Source: the human T2T-CHM13v2.0 reference genome, Homo sapiens
Assembly: GCF_009914755.1 (NCBI RefSeq)
Contig: NC_060926.1
DNA length: 64,000 nucleotides
Reading direction: 5' to 3' (one strand)
Positions 15,290 through 29,393 of this stretch are shown piece after piece (the stretch's first letter is position 1; each line of letters begins with the position of its first letter). The notes under the pieces are model-generated. The model made no database searches, was not told the origin of the DNA, and saw only the letters and a list, made by a program, of their open reading frames with translations. A program made the translations under genes and the position numbers.

Positions 15290-16181
15290 GAAAAACAAAT
15301 GTGAAGAAATAATGGCTGAGAATTTTCCAAATTTGATTAAAAACACTCAGAACTGGAAGTCTTAGTGAATCTTAAGTAGGATAAACACAAAAGAGAACCA
15401 CCCCTAGACATAGTATGGGCAACCTGCTGAATACCTTAGATGGAAAGAAAATCTTATAGGCAGCAAGAGAAAAATGACTTCTCATGTACTAGAGAACAAT
15501 ACCCTTGGCTGACTTCTCATCAGAAACAGTGGAGGCCAGAGGGCAGTGCAATGACACAAAGTTCTGAAAGGGAGAAAAAAAAAAAAAAACCACTGTTGAC
15601 CAAGAATTCTATATCCAGTGAAACTATATTTCAAAAATAAAGATGAAATAATGACATTCTTATGTAAACAAAGATTGGCAGAATTCATCCTTGCCTTACA
15701 AGTAATACTAAAAGACATAGAGGGTAACTTGAATCCATAGAAAAGAATGAAGAGCATTGGAAATACTCTAGTAAATACAATAAATATATTCTCATAATTT
15801 AAAAAAAGCGTAAGATTGCTTAAGCAATAATGACAGCACTATATTGTTGGGTTTATAACATATGTAATATGTAATATATATGACAATATTGCACAAAGGA
15901 AGGGGGAAGGAATGGAGTTATACTATATAAAATTGGTAGATTTTACTAGAATAACCTGAATAGATTATAAATTAAAGATGTGTATTATAATATCTAAAAA
16001 AGTTACTAAAAATAAATTCAAAAAATGAATTGTTTGAGCACCTCCAGTTACCCAGGTATTTTTGTAAGTGATAGATATTTAACTTTTTTATACCATTTTT
16101 TTAAAGAGGTCCTTAATCTATTTCTTTCTAAGGTAATATATGTGAGAGTTGTAGAATGGTAGCATTCAAAGTAAGTGGTAT

Positions 16182-16476
<295 letters not shown>

Positions 16477-16854
16477 ACTACACAAAATAAGTGGTATGGT
16501 TTTATGATTTGCCTATGTGAGAGTAACAACAAATATATCAAATATTGGTTAACTTTTTGTTGTTGTTACTTTTGATCTTTATTGGTACAGGAAAGAAAAA
16601 TGCATCTTAAAACAAAAATGAATGGTTGATTGTCCTACCTTTCTCATTTGGAGGATGGGATGCTAAAGCACATTTATATTTAAATATAGTATTTAGTATA
16701 CATATGCAATCTGTTATTCAGATGAAACAGTTCTTTCATTAAGAAGTGCAATTGTGACATTTTAATTTGTGTTGATACATTTGATCTCCTAATAAATTTA
16801 AGTTACTGGGCTAGAAATTGTAGGAAATATAATGATTTATTAATGAAACTCACC

Positions 16855-17790
16855 CTAGTAGGTATGTAGTGGTCTCTCACTGTTTTAATTTCACTTCCCT
16901 GATTACATGTGATATGGAACATCTTTTCATACGCTTGTTTGCTATCTTTATATCTTCTTGGGTGAGGTGTCTGGTTGAAGTCTTTGGGGCTTTTTTTTTT
17001 TTTTAGCTTCGATTATGTTCTTATTTTTGAGTTTTAAGAGTTCTCTGTAGATTCTAGATAACAGTCCTCTATCTGAAATGTCTTTTGCAAATATTTTCTC
17101 CCAGACTATGGTTTTCTCTTTCATTCTCTTGACAGTGTCTTTTGCAGAGCAAAAATTTTTAATTTTAATGAAGTCTAGCGTATCAGTTTGTTCTTTTCTG
17201 GATTGTGCCTTTGGTGTTGCATCTAAAAGGTCATCAACAAACTCAAAGTTATCTAGATTTTATTCTGTGTTCTAGGAGTTTTATAACTTTGCATTTTATA
17301 TTCAGGTCTGTAATCCATTTTAAGTTAGTTTTTGTGGAGAATGTAAAGCCTATCTAGATTAATTTTTTTGTATGTGGATGTCCAGTTGTTCTAACACCAT
17401 TTGTTGAAAAGACTATCTCCATTGTATTGCCTCTGTTCCTTTTCAGAGATTAGTTGACTATATTTATCTGGGTCTATTTTTAGGCTGTCTATTCTGTTCC
17501 ATTGATCCCTATTTGTTCTTTTGCCATTACCACACTGTATTGATTTCTGTAGCTTTATAGTAGTGCTTGAAGTTTGATAGTGTTAGTTCTCCAACTTTCT
17601 TCTTCTTCAATATTTTATTGGCTACTTTGAGTCTTTTTTTGCTTCTGCTTGTGAACTTTAAACTCAGTTTGTGGATATCCTCACGATAACTTGCTGAGAT
17701 TTTGATTGAGATTGCATTGAATCTGTAGATGAAGTTGGAAAGAACTAATATCTTGATAATATTATCTTCCTATCCATGAATATAGAATAT
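16855..17790 (-). mobile_element. Old L1 ORF2-region fragment, antisense
   Basis: caccatttgttgaaaagact and attgcattgaatctgtagat motifs. Confidence 0.8.
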
Positions 17791-18048
17791 TTCTTTATTA
17801 TGTGTGTGTGTGGTGGTATTGGTGGTGGTAACCATAATTATTTTGCCACTCCTCTATTGAAGAATATTTAGATTGTTTCTAGATTTTTACAATTAAATTA
17901 AAATATTATAGTGAAAATCACTGTACATACACCTTTTTGCATTTGTATGAATGGTTTTGTAGCATAGATATAAAGAAATATGTAATTCGTTTGAGTTTTG
18001 TCCATTTTAAATATTGATATATTCTTCCCTTTTGCTCTCCAAAAAAAA

Positions 18049-18356
<308 letters not shown>

Positions 18357-18616
18357 TTTGTGTATTTTCTTTTGAGTGACATCCATCCAAGTCCTTTGCC
18401 CATTTTAAAATCTGGTTGGTTGTTTTTTGTTGTTGTTGTTGATTTTCGCTTATTTTTTTTTTAAAGCTCCCACGTAATGTTAGTTTACTTTTGATGAAGA
18501 CATAGTCTCAGGATTCAAGTAGACCTATTGGGGAAAAAGTAGTGACTTATATTGACATTTTAAAGATCATAAAGAAGAGAGTACATTTATCAAGAGTGAT
18601 ATTTGAGGTAAATCCT

Positions 18617-18908
<292 letters not shown>

Positions 18909-20242
18909 AAGGTAAATCTTTAAAGAATTTGTCAGGATTTGTGTATTTAGTAATGGCAGTAGAATGGATGGGGGGAGACATTTTATCAATAGATAGAGGA
19001 AAGAAAGGCTTAGGGGATAGAAGGTAGATTGCAGATAAATGGCAATTCAGTTTGGCTTGTTATTCATGGCTTGTATACAGTGGCATTGTGTGTGTGTACA
19101 GTAAGGAGGTTAGCAACAGCTATCAGTGTTAAAATGCAAATGTTCTTTTATCCAGCAACCACTAGAAATTTATTATAGAGATATAGATGTAGAAAAACAG
19201 TTGCAGTATTGTTGCAGCAGCATAAAACTGGAAATAAAGTACTGATCAATAGGGGATTGTACTTTTGAAAAGAAGCTTTACAAAGTGTATACAAATAATA
19301 TAATTGTATTTGAGGGTAGGGTGGTTACGCAGATAAATGGAACATTTCTGGAAGAATAACCAAGAAACTGTTGACAGTGATTTTATACAAGTACAGAGGA
19401 TGGAACGGGGATGTTCACTTGTTTTGTTTTCTTTCTTCCAGGGACATTTGAAAAAAAGAAAACTATTTTTCAAAGATCTTTAGAGCTCAATTTTTAAAGC
19501 TCTAGATTATTTTCATTATTTTATGCTGCCTCTGCATAACTAATTTTGATTTCAGGGCTAGGAGGGTGGAGGTAGGGTGAGGAAATGAAATAAGTTTTTG
19601 TCATCTAAATAATAAACATTATGAATTAAACTTAATTTTTTAAATCATTACTCCTGTTTGGGGCATTTCTTGAGGAGGATGTTTATAAAAATAAGGATTA
19701 ATAATTCTTTATATACCAGAGATAATAAATTAGGCAAATGAGTAAAATCTCTCATAAGTTATTTTCTTTATTAAAAAATATTAAATATAAATACATTAAA
19801 GAGTGAATAGGAGAGGAATTTTCAGTATACAGGATAATCAGTTTGACTTTATTTTCATAAAAATTTGGCAGCAAATTTGTGACTTTAAAGGATATGGCAA
19901 CTGAATGAGAAGTTTTAATTAATGTAGATGTCATAGCAAGATCAAGCTGCTTTATGATAATTTTTTAACCCCTTTTTAATGTGTTATTGAGTAAAAGAAC
20001 ACAAGAATTCTTTAATTAGGATACTTAGTAAACTGTGTTCTCACATTTAGAAAGGACATATACATCATTGCTGATAATTTTCCTGCAGTTTAGGGAATCT
20101 GTCAAAGTTTCTTCATCTGCAGACTTAGTGGTATCAGTTCATTAAAGCAAAGTTTCAATACTTGCCTCTTTTATCTTGTAAACTTAACTTTAAAGGCAAA
20201 ACTATTGTTTAATGGTCCTTGTGATTTCAGCAAATTGTTTCT

Positions 20243-21290
20243 TTTTTTTCTTTCAAATATCAGATTTCTTTATACTTAAAATGTGCACATTATAGTTTAC
20301 TTAGATACAAAATGTTTACTTTCCTTGTAGGTAAGGAATTTCACTGACATTTCCATGTCAATTAGCTTCTTTTTAGTAAAAATCCTTCCATTAAAAATAA
20401 ACATTTAAATTACTCAACTATTATATTCATTAGTCTCAATACCTCTTAAAAATACTTAAAACTTTAGAAAATAGACTGTAAACCTTGCCTAAAGGAGGCA
20501 TCCAGCTCTGAGCAGACCACACGGAATGTGTTAGAGCATGGCCATATGCATGGCCATACAACTCCTGGGGCCACCTCCACGATGGCCCAGCCCCACCACT
20601 GACCCTCTGCTGAAAACCCTGCCCCTCAGCAGGACGCAAGCTTGTCCCCCAAATAGTGGTGACCTCAAACTGTAATATGATGATGAAACCTACAGCCGAT
20701 ACTGCCTTCCACAAGGGTTTCTGGAAAGGCTGAAGCTGGAGACGGTAAACCGCAACACCGTCCCAGGTCACCCCAGCTAAAGACATTCTATACCAGCCAA
20801 AAGGCTAAAGTTTAGTTAAGGGTTCAAAGGCAAATACACTGAAACCCATGTGTAAACCTGCCTGGTTTTCAAGCTGAAAGAGAAACACTTTGGTGTCTTC
20901 AATAACCCAGGCCTGCACTGGATGAAGCAATGAAGGCAAGGTCACGGCTGCTAAAGCACGGAGAGGTTAAAAAGTGTGAAACCAGAAGAAACTCTTGAGT
21001 GAGAGATGTGAAGCAGCAGGCCGAGGCATCAGACACCTCTCCCACCACACACCTCTCCCACCAGACACTTCTCCCACCAGCTGCAGGGCTCTTGGCAGCG
21101 TTCTCAGCCCAGCCATTCTGTGACAGTTGTTTTAAGGAATCAGCTGTTGACCTTTTTTTCTCAAGCGGCAACAATAACATCAATATTACAGTGGTCTTAT
21201 GAATACACCCATGTGATCAACTTGTTAGTAAACACATGGGTATACAACATAAAGTAGGCAAAGCGGAAAAAGTATTTACAACTGTCAAAG

Positions 21291-21345
<55 letters not shown>

Positions 21346-21391
21346 TGGGCACGCAAATATATCTGAGCCTATTTTAGCTGAATCAAATTTA
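20243..21391 (-). pseudogene. 5'-truncated processed retrocopy of an unidentified transcript 3' end (UTR-like, no CDS)
   Basis: Exact 20-bp direct repeat gatttcagcaaattgtttct at 20223-20242 and 21392-21411; T-tract next to the left copy; TATAAA variant poly(A) signal on the - strand about 15 nt from the tail; internal sequence resembles no transposon I recognise. Confidence 0.8.
21291..21343. repeat. (TC)n(CA)n compound microsatellite within the retrocopy
   Basis: Seen directly. Confidence 0.95.
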
Positions 21392-21625
21392 GATTTCAGC
21401 AAATTGTTTCTAATTTGTAAAGAATAGAGGGGAACTAGTAGGTGGATGATGGAAGTGCTTCTTAAAGTTGAGGTCTTGTAGGTTCTGTTGCCATTAAAAG
21501 AAACACTTTTAGTTTAAACCTGACTTGTTAAATTTTCTGTAGTGAAATTTTTTTGTGCTTTTCAAGTAATGGATTTTTGTGTTCTGAGGTTTCCCCTGTT
21601 TAATGCAGTTAATTCTTTTTTTAAG

Positions 21626-21745
21626 GTATGGGCTACGTGAGTTCGTGGTGATTGCCCCTGCTGCACACAGTGACGCTGTTCTCAGCGAATCTAAGTGCAA
21701 CCTTCTTCTGAGTTCTGTTTCTATTGCCTTGGGAAACACTGGCTG
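21626..21745 (+). CDS. RAB3GAP1: RAB3GAP1 exon 6 (120 bp), YGLREFVVIAPAAHSDAVLSESKCNLLLSSVSIALGNTG
   Basis: ttttttttaag acceptor, TG|gtgagt donor. Confidence 0.95.
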
Positions 21746-21864
21746 GTGAGTGGACATTTTTTAAAACCTAGACAAAAAAACTGTTTTTAACAATAATTTA
21801 TGAAGGCAAACAGTTATTAAATGTTAGCTTTTTAACTGTAATTAGGAACTTAGTGCATATATAT

Positions 21865-22573
<709 letters not shown>

Positions 22574-22967
22574 ATATATCTGCATGTTTTTATACTGGAA
22601 TTTGGTATATAAGGACAAAACTAATAAAACCTAAATGGAAGCCATTTCTAAAGGTAATCTTCCTGAAACAATTCAATGTATATCTGGAATAACTTTTTTA
22701 AAAGTTAATTTTCAGTACCTTTAGGCCCTATTCTTAAATGGAAGTATTTAAGAAAATGAAATTTGTTTAATCACTATTCTGCTATTTTGAATTGTATTTC
22801 ATTTGCATATCGAATAGACTATGATACTCTAAATCTACTGGGGAAGAATTAATTTATTTTAGTGGATGTACTCCATGGTATATCCTAAGTGAATAATTTT
22901 GCTAGAATATTTACTAATGTAGGATTATTAACTTGGGGATATATTTGTACAATCCTTTCTTGTTATT

Positions 22968-23280
22968 TAAGGTAGTTATGTGCTATAAAGTTGCCACAAA
23001 CACTGAGTTATCAATTCCTCATCTGTTTCTCCTAGGAGAAATACAGACTTGGGTTCCTTCGAGCCTCTGGTCACATTTTTTGTCAATCAGTTAATACATA
23101 ACCTTCTTTTATGTGTGTTTCTGTTTAAAGATAGCTTATTTAATATACATTGTTGAGTCATTAACATTGAACTTGTAGCCAAAAGCAATGTAACTTGTGC
23201 ATGAATGATGCTTCTGGGAAAATACGTGTGTTAACACGTATTCTCTCTAAGGCACATCACAACCTTCTTGTGCTTGGGAG
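22968..23280. mobile_element. MER82-like (Tigger) DNA transposon fragment
   Basis: Recalled consensus similarity (tgctataaagttgccac, gagcctctggtcaca). Confidence 0.55.
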
Positions 23281-23690
23281 CCTTACTTTATCTTTAAATG
23301 ATGTGAAAAATATTTCACCACAATATTGGCTTAATTTATATTGTTTAATACCTGTAAGTTAGGTTTTATTATCACTTTGGAAAGACTAATATGAAATAAT
23401 CACTTTTACTCAAGACAGTTTTCATTCTGATGTTTTCTGACTTTTAGCTGTTCTAAAACAATTTTCAGACTAATCAAAGTACTTCTAGATGATAGTTTCT
23501 TCAGTTTGGTATTGTAAGGAGAAAAAGGAACTAAGAATGTCTTTGTTATACACACAAACCTGTGTTTTTGTTGTGTTTCCAGTTTAGTGCTTTCAAATTC
23601 TTGAGATTAAAATAATTTGGAAAAAATTTGAGGTTCAGGTTTAATGTTTAATGAGCTTGTATTCCATTCCTATTTAATCATGTCTTGCAG

Positions 23691-23856
23691 TCAGGTGCCA
23701 CTCTTTGTGCAAATTCACCACAAATGGCGAAGAATGTATGTAGGAGAATGTCAAGGTCCTGGTGTACGAACTGATTTCGAAATGGTTCATCTTAGAAAAG
23801 TGCCAAATCAGTACACTCACTTATCAGGTCTGCTGGATATCTTCAAATCAAAGATT
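23691..23856 (+). CDS. RAB3GAP1: RAB3GAP1 exon 7 (166 bp), QVPLFVQIHHKWRR...LLDIFKSKI
   Basis: tcttgcag acceptor, ATT|gtgagt donor; lies within ORF 23644..23871. Confidence 0.96.
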
Positions 23857-24799
23857 GTGAGTTGGGATTGATATTGTCAGTCTTATCTGAGATCCAGATA
23901 AAAGTAGAGATTTGATCATTTTATTCAGCATATAGAAACATTTCTCTATAATATTGATAATGTAATTGCTTAGAAGAAAGCTATAAGTGACTACATAAAT
24001 TACTTTGTAATTTCTAAGAAACAAAATATCCAATTGTATTTTTAGTGTACTCATGCTAAAGCAACAACTGATTTGTCTGTTTGTTTGTTCAGTCTGTTAG
24101 CATTTATTGACTGTGTTATCTCTTCTACTCCTTGTCCTCTATTGGTAATATTGCCAGTCTCCTAAGCTTAATGGGGCTCAGGTAGCTGCTTGTTTGAGCA
24201 TTTGAAGCATTTGACTATGAGCTCCTTAAGGTCTAAACACTTTGGGTTCTGAATTGCATTTTTTCCCCCAAATCTTTATTTGATTTAATTTTCAAGGTTA
24301 ATCTGGCTTATATCCTAGGCCTGAGAGCAGCAGGGCTAAATGGGACATGCTAAATATATTCTTATATTCTATAACAACACTGTCTATAGCTATGGAGGAC
24401 TTGCCTGTGCTGCTCTGTGGGGTTGGGGGGAATGGGGCTGATGAGGGCTTAAGTTGAGGAGCTGTTTGTGAATACCTCTAGAAAACAGAGAAAGCTAGAT
24501 AACCAATAGTGGAAGGGATCCTCTACTTAGAGAAATATTACTCTTAGGTTATTAGGATGCTGATTTAAATTTGGAGTATGTTAAGTGCTAAACATGACAC
24601 TATCTCACTATCTCACAGTTGATTAATAAACTGACATCATGTGTCGTGTGATGGCTATTAGTCACATTTGGCCACTTAAGTGAGATAGTGGCAGCTTTAG
24701 CACTTAAATATTAAGTATATTGATTAGGATATTGATTATATGTATATTACAATGAAGTATATCGATTATAAATAAATATATTAATTATGATATATAATT

Positions 24800-25355
24800 A
24801 TATATGTGGCATTCCTGCCAAAATGTTTAACATACTGTAAATCAAAACATGAGGAAGCAATCACATATTTTCAAAGTGAGCCATGTTTTGCAACAGTAAC
24901 TGGTCAGTATCATGATAGGCAAAATAAAGGCTGGAAGCAATTCAGATTTAAGGAGAAAATGGAACCTGACAGCTAAATGCAACACATGATTCTTGATTGG
25001 ATCCTTTTTCAAAACAAAATAGCCAGTAAGGACATTATTGGGACAATTGGGATGATTTTAATATGGACTGTATATTAGAAAATAGTATCAATGTTTAATT
25101 TATTGAGTGTGATAATTGTATTATAGTTGTATAGACTAATGTCCTTGTTCTTAGGAATTACATGCTAAAGTATTTAAGGGTGATTTGTTATGATGCCTGC
25201 CTTTTTCAGAAGATTCAGCCAAAAAAATGTCATATGCATAATATGTGTATGTGTGGCAAAGTGTTAATAATTATGAACTCCGTGAAAGTCATATGGGTGT
25301 TCATTATACTAGTTTTCCAATCTTTCTGAAGGTTTGAGAATTTTCAAAAGAAAAA
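24800..25355 (+). mobile_element. L1MC/MD-type 3' end fragment
   Basis: aaggacattattgggacaattgg...aatatggactgtatattaga motif. Confidence 0.6.
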
Positions 25356-25884
25356 GAATTATAAGAAAAAATTGCTGAAATTTCTTTTTAAATAGATAAC
25401 ATTTGTTAGAAAGATATTTAGGATTAGAATTTAATCATAAAAATATGTTTTTAATGTTGAGGACCTAAATAGTGTACTGGTAGGATTATTACTAACTAGA
25501 TAAATCCCTTTGATATTAAAAAAAAAATAATGCATTTACGAGATTAGGAAATTAGAGTAAAAGCTTCCTTTTACCTCTCTGCCTGTCTCCTCAAAATGAC
25601 AACTGTTAGCAGTGGCTTGTGATTATCTCCATTAGAAAAATTACAGGTGCTTCTATTTTAGAGAATTCCGTGTATATATGTAATTTTCTTTTCAAAAACC
25701 TTCTGGGCTCTGAAGTGCTATAGGTACTGCTTAATTCCACATATAGTTTGGGAAATTTTTGAAAAAGGCAAGTATTTATTAGTATCTTCTCCATTAGTTT
25801 TCCTTTGCTCTCACCAGAAGTCTTCAATTATATTTAAAATTTTTAGATCAAGTTTCTGGTCACATGGAAATATCAATACTTTAT

Positions 25885-26335
25885 TTCTTCTTCTTCTTCT
25901 TCTTCTTCTTCTTCTTCTTCTTCTTCTTCTGCTTCTGCTTCTGCTTCTGCTTCTTCTGCTTCTTCTTCTGCTTCTTCTTCTTCTTCTGCTTCTTCTGCTT
26001 CTTCTGCTTCTTCTTCTGCTTCTTCTTCTTCTGCTTCTTCTTCTGCTTCTTCTTCTGCTTCTTCTTCTGCTGCTTCTTCTGCTTCTTCTGCTTCTGCTTC
26101 TTCTGCTTCTGCTTCTTCTTCTGCTTCTGCTTCTTCTGCTTCTGCTTCTTCTGCTTCTGCTTCTTCTTCTGCTTCTTCTGCTTCTGCTTCTTCTTCTGCT
26201 TCTTCTTCTTCTGCTTCTTCTTCTGCTTCTGCTTCTTCTGCTGCTTCTTCTGCTTCTTCTGCTTCTTCTTCTTCTTCTTCTTCTTTCTTCTTCTTTCTTC
26301 TTCTTCTTTCTTCTTCTTCTTTCTTCTTCTTCTTC
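25885..26335. repeat. Compound trinucleotide repeat (TTC)n interspersed with TGC (GAA/GCA on the - strand), derived from an Alu tail
   Basis: Seen directly: 15 pure TTC, then mixed TTC/TGC for about 350 bp, then TTC/TTTC running into an antisense AluJ. Confidence 0.97.
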
Positions 26336-26619
26336 TTTTTTTGTTTGAGACAGAGTCTCACTCTGTCACCCAGGCTGCAGTGTAGGGCGTGATTACAGCT
26401 CACTGCAGCCTCGACCTCCTGGGGTCACTGACTCCTCCCACCTCGGCCTCCTGAATATTTGGGACTATAGGTGTGTATCACCACACACAGCTAATCTTTG
26501 TATTTTTTGTAGAGACCAGCCTGTTGCTCATGCTGGTCTTCAACTCCTAGGCTCAAGCAATCCGCCTGCCCAACCTCCCAAAGTGCCAAGATAACAGGCA
26601 TGAGCCACCGCGCTGGGCC
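26336..26619 (-). mobile_element. AluJ
   Basis: Dimer whose tail is the TTC/TGC repeat. Confidence 0.88.
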
Positions 26620-27380
26620 TTAGTCCTTCTTCTTAAGAAATCATTAATGAATATGATCTTCAGATCTTTTATGTCACATCTCTTTTTTGAAGCTAGGGAC
26701 TACATTGATCTGTGGAACCCAACTTACATCTTGGCTATTTATTAGCAGTAGTTAAAAAAAAAAGTTTTTAATCAGTTTATCTCATCATCTGACAAACCTA
26801 AAACTTACTTTTCTGATAAGAAACATCTCTCAAAATTGATTTGAGAGAATTGAACTTAAGAGCTGGTTTGGGTTCTTAAGTTTAATCCTCTTCTGCCATA
26901 ATCCTCTAAATATTTGAAAACTTTCATAACTTCATCTTTTCTTTTTCATCTTAGACATTCTTAGTTCTTGAGATGTTCTTTACATTTTATGGTATTATAT
27001 CATGACTGTTGATTTGGATATTTGTCTCTTTTAGAACTACTTTTTTATGTTTTGGGAAATTTAGTTTGTAGGCTCATTTTGAATGAGTTTCATTTTAAAT
27101 TTTTAATGTTCACTCCCATCCATCCTCTCTAGTGATTCTGTAGTTTTATGGTTACTCCCTACCTGCAGAATATTTCAGAATTAGGTCTTAAAATAGTGTT
27201 TGGAGTCTCTTGCTCTGTAGTAATGTTGGGGATTTTGATAACTGGTCTTAGAATCTTGGGTTGTTTGCTCACCACATGTGGGTGAGGGTTTTTTCCCCTC
27301 ACACAATAACCTCCAGTCCCATACCTTCCGATAAAGCCATTGTGCCAAGCAGGAGTGACATGTCCCAGTGTCTGGCTTAA

Positions 27381-27885
<505 letters not shown>

Positions 27886-29293
27886 TAATTATTTCTTTTC
27901 TGGGTATCTGTTTTTGTATTTATCTGTGTGACTGGATCAGAGGTTATGTGTCAAAGTGGCCTTGTTATGGCTTCTAGAACATTTGCTCCTTATTATAGGT
28001 GAATGCTCATTTGATATCTGGACATGACTAAAAAGTTGATATACTGACCAGCCAAAATCTCACCTTGCTGTTGGGCACAGGAGCCCAAAACTGAATTAGG
28101 TTTTTTGGGAGCAGCTGTCTACTATTGTGACTTCAAATTGAGTTTGTGTTCTTAAAGCTACTAGTGACATTTATAGATGCTGCTGCTGAGCTAAATGTAA
28201 ATGTCATGTATTCCTTTGCTACTCAAAGTGTAGTCTCCTGAACAGCAGCATCTGGAAACTGGTTAGATATGCAGAAGAGTATTGAATCTGCATTTCACAA
28301 GTTCCCTAGGTGATTCCTATGCATATTTAAGTCCTATTTTATATTAGTTTAGATTAAGCATTATGAAGGGAAGCTGAGGTCATAGGATGTTTAAATGATA
28401 GTATTAAGTTTTGTGATTTTTAGTGAATTGACAGATAAATCTAAGTTTTCTTTTGTTAGCTGATTCATTAATCTATTTTGTGTGAGTGATCATTCATTTC
28501 TCTTAGTCTGAAATTTTGGTTAAATATTCAAGGGTGGCTTTAATTTGAGTTTATTTTCATTTAAAAGAAAAGACATCCTCTCCCCAAACCAAGTCTTATG
28601 CTTTATAATACTTTTACTTATTTGAAAAATGAATCACCTTTTTTTCACATTTAATATGTCTGAAGTGAATAGTAAGAAATGGTATTTTATGATTAAAATA
28701 GTAAAAGATACTTTAAAGAGCATTTTGCTTAATAGAATGTAATATCTCTTTTTCTAATAGCAGTTTAAACAGCTTTATTTTAAAGCTATGGCATTGTTTT
28801 TGAAACTTTTTTTTAGCTACATCAAATGAAAACATTTGTGGAAGCAGTATGCAGAAATTATGGAAATCCTTCTGTACACACAAATATGTGGACAAAAATA
28901 CAGTGATTCTTTGGAAAGTTTACTTTTCCATTTTTTAAAATTCAGTCTCACAATTGCCACTGCTGTTCCTTACTATGGGATCTTTCCTCCTGTTCATCCC
29001 TGATCCACCTCTTGAGCTTTTGGACTGTGAGAATTTCTTCTGTGAAAAGGATTTCCTAAATTTTGCATCTTTGGCTCTAATGACTTCGGTGACTTATTTT
29101 TCCTTTGGAATGGCTAGAATATCATGTTTTTAATAACTAGAATATGCACACTATTGTTTAACACTAGAATCTGAAAATCCAGGTTTCATAAAGGTAGTAT
29201 TAATCCATTCCATAAGTTTGAAATTTTGATGTTGAATTAATATGAAAAGGGTACCAGCATTTACACGGTATTGTCTTTGCATGTATTTCCTAG

Positions 29294-29393
29294 GGATGTC
29301 CTTTAACTCCATTGCCTCCAGTTAGTATTGCTATTCGATTTACCTATGTACTTCAAGATTGGCAGCAGTATTTTTGGCCTCAGCAACCTCCAG
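29294..29393 (+). CDS. RAB3GAP1: RAB3GAP1 exon 8 (100 bp), GCPLTPLPPVSIAIRFTYVLQDWQQYFWPQQPP
   Basis: tttcctag acceptor, CAG|gtgaga donor. Confidence 0.95.

Noticed and set aside
20436-21202. ORFs of 67-116 aa in the antisense retrocopy
   Set aside because: No recognisable protein similarity; consistent with chance ORFs in UTR sequence
25864-26403. 173-aa poly-Phe/Cys and 176-aa poly-Glu/Ala ORFs
   Set aside because: Direct translations of the triplet repeat and Alu; no evidence of exon structure or translation
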